Below are positions 56,640-64,000 of a DNA stretch of 64,000 bases, piece by piece; position 1 is the stretch's first letter; every line of letters starts with the position of its first letter. Origin of the DNA: an uncultured virus (IMG/VR IMGVR_UViG_3300031555_006012) (taxonomy: Duplodnaviria; Heunggongvirae; Uroviricota; Caudoviricetes); IMG/VR virus record IMGVR_UViG_3300031555_006012; one strand, 5' to 3'. The notes beneath the pieces were generated by a model. That model searched no databases. It saw nothing but the letters and a program-made list of their open reading frames with translations, and was not told where the DNA came from. The translations under genes and the position numbers were made by a program.

Positions 56640-56771
56640 GGCAGTCACCTCCATTCAGGCATGGAAAAAGCCTCCACAGGATTGCTCCCGGGAGGCTTCC
56701 CCATATTTCCTTGGCCATTATAATAATATCACACGGCCAATATGGCATTCAATGACTTTTACTGTCCTCTT

Positions 56772-57176
56772 TTAGGGGACCGTCACAGTTTCCAAAGCAT
56801 TCCTGTGCATGCGGAAGGTATGGTCGATGCTGTACCCCATCTCAACGGCGATCTGCTCCCAGGGCTTGAAGCACAGGTAGCGCAGTTCCAGAAGGGTCTG
56901 GAATTCGGGGTTCTTCACGGACTTGATAACCGCCACCATGTCACGCTTCAGATCGATCAGCTGATCAATGTCAGCATTGATGTCGTTTTCCAGGTCCACG
57001 ATTTTGACGATGATGTCCTGCATGCGATGCACATTGGGGCTTGCGCTTCCGGGCATGTCGCTCATGGTGGCGGTGGCCTTGGTGGTCAGGTCACGCAGGG
57101 CCATAACCTGCTCCAGCTTGCTGTTGATACGCTGGTCAAGGCGATATGCCTGGTTGAGATATTCTTTTGCGGTCAT
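56772..57176 (-). CDS. RinA/ArpU-like late transcriptional regulator
   Basis: AKEYL.Q; LLELRYL...WEQIA.EMGYS....R.H..AL. Confidence 0.85.
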   Translation of the reverse strand: MTAKEYLNQAYRLDQRINSKLEQVMALRDLTTKATATMSDMPGSASPNVHRMQDIIVKIVDLENDINADIDQLIDLKRDMVAVIKSVKNPEFQTLLELRYLCFKPWEQIAVEMGYSIDHTFRMHRNALETVTVP

Positions 57177-58528
57177 TTCGTTACCTCCATATTCGCCTTG
57201 ACGGCGTCGATAAGAGCGGATTGCGTTTTGTCCTTGTTTCGAAGAGCGGTCATAATCCGCTCATCTATTGTCCCTACGGCAATAATGTGGTGGATAACCA
57301 CAGTTTCGGCTTTCTGACCCTGCCGCCAGAGTCGGGCGTTTGCTTGCTGGTACAGTTCCAGGCTCCATGTCAGGCCGAACCAGATCATGGTGGAACCGCC
57401 AGCCTGGAGGTTCAATCCATGGCCAGCCGAAGCCGGATGGATGACCGCCACGGGGATTTTGCCATTATTCCAGTCTTTGATGTCCTGGGAAGAGGAAATT
57501 TCCCGGACACTGAAGCGCTTCTTGATGCGCTCCAAGTCATGCTTGAACCAGTAGGCTACCAGAACGGGTTTGCCGTTAGCGGCTTCGATGAGGTCTTCCA
57601 AAGCGTCAAGTTTACGATTGTGGAATTCCAAGTATCGCATGTCATCGCCATATACGGCACCATTCGCCATCTGGGAGAGTTTGCCTGCCAGGGCGGCAGC
57701 ATTTCCAGCGTCGATTTCCTCGCCTTGCAGGGAAACGACCAGATCGGCCTTCATGGTGTTATAGGTTTTCCGCTCCTTTTCGGAAAGGACCACTTTTACC
57801 TCGTTCATCACGCATTCAGGCATTTGGAGGTGGTCAACTGCCTTCATGGAAATCGTGATATCGGAGATAGCGCGATAAATGGCGTCTTCAGCTCCGGGAA
57901 GGGGCTTGTAGGAAAACACCACCTGGCCATTTCTTTTATCGGGGGCGAAATACTGGTTACGATAGTGGGTTATAAACCGACCCAGGCGCTTGCCGAGATC
58001 CAGCAGCCGGAACTGCGCCCAAAGGTCCATAAGACCGTTGGAGGAGGGAGTGCCAGTCAGGCCAACCATGCGTTTTACGGTAGGCCGAACTTTCAGCAGG
58101 CTGCGGAATCGCTTAGCTTGGTAGGATTTGAAAGAGGAAAGCTCGTCAATGACGACCATGTCATAGTCAAAGGGCAGGCCACTGTCCTCGACGAGCCATT
58201 GGACATTTTCACGGTTGATGATGTACACGCTGGCCTGCTTCTGCAAGGCGGCTTTGCGCTCCATTTCGGAGCCGACCGCTACCGAGTATGTCAGCCCATT
58301 GAGATGATCCCATTTCTGGATCTCAGTAGGCCAGGTATCCCGGGCGACGCGAAGAGGGGCGATAACCAGTACCTTGCGAACAAGGAAACTGTCGAGGCAC
58401 AGGTCATAAATTGCTGTCAGCGTGATCACGCTTTTTCCCAAACCCATGTCCAGGAAAACCGCCGCCACGGGATGCTCCAGGATGAAGTTGGTGGCATAGG
58501 ACTGGTAATCATGAGGACTGTATTTCAT
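57173..58528 (-). CDS. SNF2-family helicase
   Basis: LDMGLGKS, VIDELS, LTGTP, GHGLNLQ, ARLWRQGQ. Confidence 0.93.
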   Translation of the reverse strand: MKYSPHDYQSYATNFILEHPVAAVFLDMGLGKSVITLTAIYDLCLDSFLVRKVLVIAPLRVARDTWPTEIQKWDHLNGLTYSVAVGSEMERKAALQKQASVYIINRENVQWLVEDSGLPFDYDMVVIDELSSFKSYQAKRFRSLLKVRPTVKRMVGLTGTPSSNGLMDLWAQFRLLDLGKRLGRFITHYRNQYFAPDKRNGQVVFSYKPLPGAEDAIYRAISDITISMKAVDHLQMPECVMNEVKVVLSEKERKTYNTMKADLVVSLQGEEIDAGNAAALAGKLSQMANGAVYGDDMRYLEFHNRKLDALEDLIEAANGKPVLVAYWFKHDLERIKKRFSVREISSSQDIKDWNNGKIPVAVIHPASAGHGLNLQAGGSTMIWFGLTWSLELYQQANARLWRQGQKAETVVIHHIIAVGTIDERIMTALRNKDKTQSALIDAVKANMEVTK

Positions 58529-58790
58529 TCAGGATCTCTCCAATCTGATTGGGGCTATCAATGCAGTACACTGAAAAGCCAAGTGCTTCTAACTGTCTTT
58601 TTCGCCTTACCTGAAGGGGCCGGAGTTCTTTGCCCGGAGCCTTCAGCTCAATAAAGGCGATTTTGCCTCCGGGCAGGAGTACCAGACGGTCTGGCACTCC
58701 ATCTAAGCCCGGGCTAATAAACTTGGGGGCAAGACCGCCCAAATTCTTGACGGCCTTGACCAGTTTCGACTCAATTGTTTTTTCTCTCAT
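58509..58790 (-). CDS. VRR-NUC nuclease
   Basis: GVPDR..L.P.G...FIELKAPG...RPLQ. Confidence 0.92.
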   Translation of the reverse strand: MREKTIESKLVKAVKNLGGLAPKFISPGLDGVPDRLVLLPGGKIAFIELKAPGKELRPLQVRRKRQLEALGFSVYCIDSPNQIGEILNEIQSS

Positions 58791-59024
58791 GGGAACTCCT
58801 TGTTTCCGTGTTGTGTTTCCAAAGGGGTCTTCAGCCTTTACGCGCATATACGCGTGTACGGGTGCCTACTATCCCTTTTCTTTCTTTATCCATTACTTTT
58901 AATTAAGTAATGGGAAACATATGAAACACACCTCAAAAGTAGCCTAGCGGCCCGGGCGATGGGGTGTTTCCATGGGAGTTGCCCATCGCCCATTTGGGAA
59001 TCAGCGGAAACGCTCGGGCCGTTT

Positions 59025-61388
59025 TCAGCGTTTCCCATCGGAAACACGGACATAGGTCTTCTGAACGCCGTATCCGGGGATGCGGAGCTTGCCAGAAGCG
59101 CTGCCGCTGTACTTGGCCCAGTTGCCGAGCTTGTAAAGGATGCCTTCGATCTCGTAGGAGTCGGTCTTCTTCATGGACTCCCGGGGCTTACCGAAGCACT
59201 CGCACCAGATCTCCATGGCGCACACGCGGGTACGGCGCACAGTTCCTTCATGGGTGGCTCCGGCGAACTCGCTGCCGCTCAGGAAGTTGCGACGCTGGAA
59301 CAGGTCGAACTTATCCCAGCCTTCAGGCAGCAGACGATCCAGGTATTCCTGGACAAGGCCTTCACGGGCATCGCTCTCCATGGCCTCACGCTGCTGGTCA
59401 TAAGCAGCTGCGGCAATTTCGCCCTTCAGGAACAGCTCCTCTCCACGGTTATAGTATTCGATGGCCTCGGCCCAGATCTGATCGGGGTCCTTCAGCTCCC
59501 AGGAATGATACTTGCCATTACCAGTAACATTGACAGGCCAGAAGCGACGGTTACCAGTGATGTCACGGAGGAAACCTCCATCGCTGTTGGTGGTACCCAC
59601 GATCACACAGGAGCGGGGGTGGCTTTCAACGGTGGTGCCGTAGGCGTGGCGGTACTTATCGTCAGTACGGGTGATGAAGGATTTTACGACTTCCACATCC
59701 ACCTTCTTCATGCCAGTCAGCTCGGACAGCTCCAGGAGCCAATAGCCCTGCAACTTCTCGGGTGCGGTTTTGTCCTTCATGTCGGAGATGGAGAGGGAGT
59801 CAGAGAACCACTCACCACCCAGGATGGAGAACAGCGTGGACTTTCCCTTGCCCTGCGGACCGTTCAGAACCAGAATGGAGTCGAACTTGATGCCGGGACG
59901 ATAGATGCGGGCGATGGCGGCTACCAGAGTTTTGCGGGTGACAGCCCGGACATAGGGAGTGTCCTCGGCACCGAGGTAATCAATCAGCAGAGTGTCCAGA
60001 CGAGGGATGCCGTCCCATTTCAGCGTAGCGAGGTACTCCTTGATGGGATGGTACAGCCGTTCGGCAGAGGTGACAGCCAGCAGCGCATCCTTGAACTTAG
60101 TGGGAGACCAGATGCCGTAGGTCTTTTCAAAATACAGCTTGGCGCAGGCCACATCGGTGTCATTCCAACCAGGCTTGACCTGAGGCCAGGGCAGCTTGCC
60201 CGTCACATCCAGCATGCTCTTGAACTGGTTAAAAACGATGGGATGGAGGTTGGGGTCGTGACGGAGAATGGTGCAGATGTTGTTCAGGGTGTCCTTGATG
60301 GCACCGTAGCGGTCCAGCTCCAGAGCAGCCTGCCAATCCTCATCAGTGAACTCAGCATTTGCCTGGGCTATGCGGTCCTCGGCAAACACAGCTTTGACCT
60401 TATCGTCCTTCAGTGCGAAGTCGATCATGGCGGTGTAAGAGGGCAGCTTGGACACGGGGGTGTCGGGAGCTGCCTTGTCGTCCAGATCCCGGAACTTGTG
60501 GAGCCGGACCAGATCAAAGGCGTTCAGAAGCTTGCCGCACACGGGGTCGGTGGCGTGATGGGAGTACGCGAACTTGTCATCGTAGATGACCACACCCGCG
60601 CTGCTGTCGGCGGGGATGTAGTCGTAGCGACCGTTCATTGCGGAGGGGGCATAGATGTCGGACAGGAAGGTGTCAATGGCATCGGAGACGGCGTAGGCGC
60701 GATTGAACGCACCGATAGGACCGGGTTTCGTCAGAGGGTCGGCCTGCTCGGAAATGCTGCGGCGAACGGCCTCAGACTGCCGGGAGGAAACAGGCCAGGT
60801 GGAGGCATCGCGCCAATCCGCATACTTGGAAAGGTACTCGTCGGGATCCAGGTCATCGCCGTCCTTGACCTGGTAGAAGAACTCACCGTTGGCAGAGGTG
60901 GAGGGCCAGTACATAAGGCGGCAGGCCTCGTAGGTGGTGTCGTCGAACAGGTCGATGCCGATCTCCTTGGCGACCATACGAGCTACGGCGGGATACTCTT
61001 CCTCGGTGACTTCCCGGAGCAGAGGGATGAGCAGACGCAGGCGGGGCTTCTCAGGCGTGTGCTTGTGGGTGGAGTAGACGCAGCACTTGAAGTCGTGCAG
61101 CATGATGATGGCGTCCCAGATGTTGGGCTCACCGTAGTCCATGTCCAGGGTCAGCATGGAACGGCACAGGACCATGCCATTCTTGCGGCGACCTTCCCGG
61201 AGGTGACCGCCTACGAAACCGCCCACATCCTTGATGGAGTCCTGGGAACCCTTCTTCAGCTTACGGTACTCTTCGACGGTTTCGGTGGTGCGGATCGTGT
61301 TGCTGACCTTATTGCAGAGGTCCTCCCAGGAGATCTCGCGGTTCTTCCATTTCTTATCCATGCGGCTGTTGCCGACTGCAATTTTCAT
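59025..61388 (-). CDS. VirE/VapE-family primase-helicase
   Basis: LTLDMD, STHKH..EKPRLR; GPQGKGKST; FLRD.TGNRRF. Confidence 0.92.
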   Translation of the reverse strand: MKIAVGNSRMDKKWKNREISWEDLCNKVSNTIRTTETVEEYRKLKKGSQDSIKDVGGFVGGHLREGRRKNGMVLCRSMLTLDMDYGEPNIWDAIIMLHDFKCCVYSTHKHTPEKPRLRLLIPLLREVTEEEYPAVARMVAKEIGIDLFDDTTYEACRLMYWPSTSANGEFFYQVKDGDDLDPDEYLSKYADWRDASTWPVSSRQSEAVRRSISEQADPLTKPGPIGAFNRAYAVSDAIDTFLSDIYAPSAMNGRYDYIPADSSAGVVIYDDKFAYSHHATDPVCGKLLNAFDLVRLHKFRDLDDKAAPDTPVSKLPSYTAMIDFALKDDKVKAVFAEDRIAQANAEFTDEDWQAALELDRYGAIKDTLNNICTILRHDPNLHPIVFNQFKSMLDVTGKLPWPQVKPGWNDTDVACAKLYFEKTYGIWSPTKFKDALLAVTSAERLYHPIKEYLATLKWDGIPRLDTLLIDYLGAEDTPYVRAVTRKTLVAAIARIYRPGIKFDSILVLNGPQGKGKSTLFSILGGEWFSDSLSISDMKDKTAPEKLQGYWLLELSELTGMKKVDVEVVKSFITRTDDKYRHAYGTTVESHPRSCVIVGTTNSDGGFLRDITGNRRFWPVNVTGNGKYHSWELKDPDQIWAEAIEYYNRGEELFLKGEIAAAAYDQQREAMESDAREGLVQEYLDRLLPEGWDKFDLFQRRNFLSGSEFAGATHEGTVRRTRVCAMEIWCECFGKPRESMKKTDSYEIEGILYKLGNWAKYSGSASGKLRIPGYGVQKTYVRVSDGKR

Positions 61389-61810
61389 GCGGATACCTCC
61401 TTCAGGTCGGTGGTGAAGTAGCGGATAGGCTGGCCCTTGCGCTTGGCTTTCTCAATTTCAACGGCCATGCCCTTGGAGATCGTGTCACCAAAGACCCACA
61501 GCTCACTGCACTTGGAAAGCAGCACGATGTCCATGAACAGGGCCAGTTCCCGCTCCTTTGCGATGCGGTCGTCCATGAACTGGGTGAAGTAAATATGGGG
61601 AGCCAGAGGGATGTAACCGCTATCCACTGCGAAGCGGCAGTAACGGCGGGCGTTCTCCTGGTTCCGCGCAACCTCCCCGGAGAGCGGAGAGCAGATGTAC
61701 ACAACCGGACGGTAGGCTCTTGCGGCCTTGGCCTCGCGCTCAATGTTGGAGAAGGCTTCAAAAGCGGTGGGGTCATAGTAGCCCTCGGAGTTTCGCATAT
61801 TAACACCCAC
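61385..61810 (-). CDS. DUF4406-like (nucleoside deoxyribosyltransferase-like fold) protein
   Basis: VYICSP..G; P.APH; C.ELWVFG..IS.GM..EI. Confidence 0.8.
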   Translation of the reverse strand: MGVNMRNSEGYYDPTAFEAFSNIEREAKAARAYRPVVYICSPLSGEVARNQENARRYCRFAVDSGYIPLAPHIYFTQFMDDRIAKERELALFMDIVLLSKCSELWVFGDTISKGMAVEIEKAKRKGQPIRYFTTDLKEVSA

Positions 61811-62024
61811 TGGAACCACCTCCGTAATAAAGTTCGATCAAGTCGGTGCGACCTTCAGACAGAAGCCGCTCCATCGTGCGGCGGCTTTCTTCCTCGCATC
61901 TCTCCTTCGTTTTGAAGAAGGGACAGGGTTTGCCGTTAAAATTGTTCGATTTCAGGATCACACAGTGGGATTCCCGACAGGCCGCACAACGGTCCAATTT
62001 GCAAATAGGGTGATTATTACTCAT
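61800..62024 (-). CDS. Small Cys-rich protein
   Basis: C...RC.AC...C.IL...CPFFKT. Confidence 0.6.
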   Translation of the reverse strand: MSNNHPICKLDRCAACRESHCVILKSNNFNGKPCPFFKTKERCEEESRRTMERLLSEGRTDLIELYYGGGSSGC

Positions 62025-62031
62025 CTTTGTA

Positions 62032-63972
62032 TCAATCCTTCTTATAGAAATCACAGACATAACCGTCTGCGCGGAGAAGCAGCCCGTTTGCCCATGCGGG
62101 GGTCTGTCCCATAACGGTGCAGATGTCGTCGAGGGAGGTTTCAGCGGGGGCTTCAATAACAACTTCATCGTGGACATGCATCACAATCTTGTAGCCAGCG
62201 GCTTCCAAGCGAACCATCGCTTCAGCGAGGATGTCTCGGGCGGTGGCCTGGACGATGTTCTCCACGAACTTAGGGCCGTAGCTCTCAATGCGGAGCCACT
62301 TCTTCTGTTCGCCGACACCCTCGAAAGTGACGGACTCATTGCCATAGCGGTTAATACCCATCTTGGGCTTGACATAGGCCAGCTTTCTGCCGGAGGGCAA
62401 CACAATGAACATGATGCCGCTCTGGTAAATGAAACGGATGCCGTGGGTTTCGGTGGCATTGCGGTCACGGACGCAGGTGGAAGCAGCGCGGTCAACATCC
62501 CACCAGAAGCGGACGATGTTAGGATTGGCCTGCCGCCACATGTCGACGAGGGGCTTCAGCTCTGCTTCCTGGAGGCCCATGTTCAGAGCGCCCATTGCCT
62601 TCAGCGCACCAACGGAACCGCCGTAGCCAAGGGCCAACTCTGCAATCTTGCCTTTCTGGCGAAGATGGCCGTTCACGCCATGCTTCTCCACAGGCACATG
62701 GAACATCTGGGATGCGGATTCACAGTAGATGTCCTTGCCCTGGGCAAAGACCTCCTGTCGCCACAGCTCTCCGGCAAGCCAAGCGATGACGCGGGCTTCA
62801 ATAGCGGAGTAGTCAGCTACGAAGAAGCGGTGGCCATCAACAGGAACGAATGCGGTGCGGATCAGTTCGGAGAGGACCAGGGGGACGGAATCATAAAGCA
62901 TCTCAACCTCGTCAAAGAAACCGTCGCGGATGAGACTCCGGGCTTCCTCTAAATCAGGGAGGTGGTTCTGCGGGAGATTCTGTACCTGGATCAAACGGCC
63001 TGCATAGCGGCCAGTGCGGGCAGCACCGTTGAACTGGATGAGTCCCCGGGCGCGGCTATCGGAGCCAACCACAGATTCCATGGCGTTGTACTTCTTGACG
63101 CTGCTCTTCGCCAGTTCCTGTCGCAGGGACAGCGCCAGCTCAACTTCACCGTCGGCCTTTTCCAGCAATTCCAGAACGGCTGCTTTGGAGAGAGATTCAG
63201 ATTCAAAACCACGCTCTGCCAACCAGGCTTTGAGCTGGGCAGGGCTATTAGGGTTATCAAGCCCGGTGACGGACCGAGCTATATCCATGTGTGTCCGCTT
63301 GAACTGTTCATCGCACTCAATGGCTCTGCGGACAAGGGTCATGTCCAGCTTGATGCCACTGTCGTTAATCAGCTGGTCCAGACGGTAATTGTTCCACTCA
63401 CTGTCCATTACGGGGAACTTTTGCAGCCGATCTTGAACCGCGATCTCCACATCCACATCACGCGCGTTGTAGGTTTTGAAGCGGTCCCACTTCTCGGGAG
63501 CATCGGAGGGATAGTGCCGGAAGGTAGAACCGTCCTTATTCTTGGCAGGGGTGCAGAAATAACGAATGAGGTCTTTGCCTTCCTTGAGCTTCTGCTTTTC
63601 CAGACCCAGCACCGCACCGACACCTTCCAGGGACATGGGCAAACCGAGGGTCGATGCCCAAACCATGGAGCAGCGCCAGGAGGTTGGCGACAGGTACTTA
63701 CCAGTAGGCATGCCCAGGTACTTAGAGATACAGACACGCTCAAACTGAGCGTTGAAAGCCCATTTCAAAACGGAGTCGTCTTTCAGGGCGGCGAGGATTT
63801 CAGGGGGGATTTTCTCTCCGGCAGCAATATCCACAACCTGGGTTTTCCCGTCGTCAACGGCATAAGCAAACAACAGGATCTCAAAGGGCGGAGATTCGGC
63901 GTAGTGGTAGACACCACATTTCGCCAGGTTTTGGTCGGAGTAGGTTTCGATATCAATGTGGATTTTCTTCAT
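62032..63972 (-). CDS. Phage family A DNA polymerase
   Basis: IDIETYS and FNAQFER exonuclease motifs; ADYSAIEARV; RQKGKIAELALGYGG; HVHDEV. Confidence 0.95.
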   Translation of the reverse strand: MKKIHIDIETYSDQNLAKCGVYHYAESPPFEILLFAYAVDDGKTQVVDIAAGEKIPPEILAALKDDSVLKWAFNAQFERVCISKYLGMPTGKYLSPTSWRCSMVWASTLGLPMSLEGVGAVLGLEKQKLKEGKDLIRYFCTPAKNKDGSTFRHYPSDAPEKWDRFKTYNARDVDVEIAVQDRLQKFPVMDSEWNNYRLDQLINDSGIKLDMTLVRRAIECDEQFKRTHMDIARSVTGLDNPNSPAQLKAWLAERGFESESLSKAAVLELLEKADGEVELALSLRQELAKSSVKKYNAMESVVGSDSRARGLIQFNGAARTGRYAGRLIQVQNLPQNHLPDLEEARSLIRDGFFDEVEMLYDSVPLVLSELIRTAFVPVDGHRFFVADYSAIEARVIAWLAGELWRQEVFAQGKDIYCESASQMFHVPVEKHGVNGHLRQKGKIAELALGYGGSVGALKAMGALNMGLQEAELKPLVDMWRQANPNIVRFWWDVDRAASTCVRDRNATETHGIRFIYQSGIMFIVLPSGRKLAYVKPKMGINRYGNESVTFEGVGEQKKWLRIESYGPKFVENIVQATARDILAEAMVRLEAAGYKIVMHVHDEVVIEAPAETSLDDICTVMGQTPAWANGLLLRADGYVCDFYKKD

Positions 63973-64000
63973 AAGCCCTCCTTAAGGGGTGGGTGGCAGA

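Larger units (their letters stand above)
14370..64000 (-). mobile_element. Siphovirus-type prophage, extending beyond the right edge; left boundary uncertain and may include 1-14.3 kb
   Basis: Ordered replication, packaging, head, tail, lysis and serine-recombinase modules. Confidence 0.93.

Noticed and set aside
58959..61421. Long plus-strand ORFs opposite phage genes (also 34075-35790, 42999-44495, 52550-53908, 57167-58654)
   Set aside because: Antisense shadows from GC-rich codon usage; no motifs or RBS

Overview
Most of the window (about 14.4 kb to the right edge, mostly minus strand) is a temperate siphovirus-type prophage of a probable Firmicutes (Clostridia-like) host. From right to left it carries family A DNA polymerase, VirE-type primase-helicase, VRR-NUC, SNF2 helicase, late activator, two HNH genes, terS, MetK-like and ParB-methyltransferase genes, an array of small-gene cassettes, terL, two fibre-like genes, portal, Clp protease, capsid, head-tail and tail genes, lysis genes, a moron island and a serine recombinase module. 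The left 14 kb is a second accessory module with its own large serine recombinase, a divergent XRE pair, a long operon of small genes and, at the left edge, a divergent hfq missed by the ORF track. The most striking non-coding signals are (1) eight copies of a roughly 100-bp element (16-bp inverted arms, 15-16-bp spacer, then an atypical promoter) heading small-gene cassettes, plus three promoter-core-only copies, and (2) a 13-unit, roughly 23-bp tandem array just upstream of terL. No CRISPR array, rRNA, tRNA or reverse transcriptase was seen. All family calls come from motif recognition by eye, not database searches.
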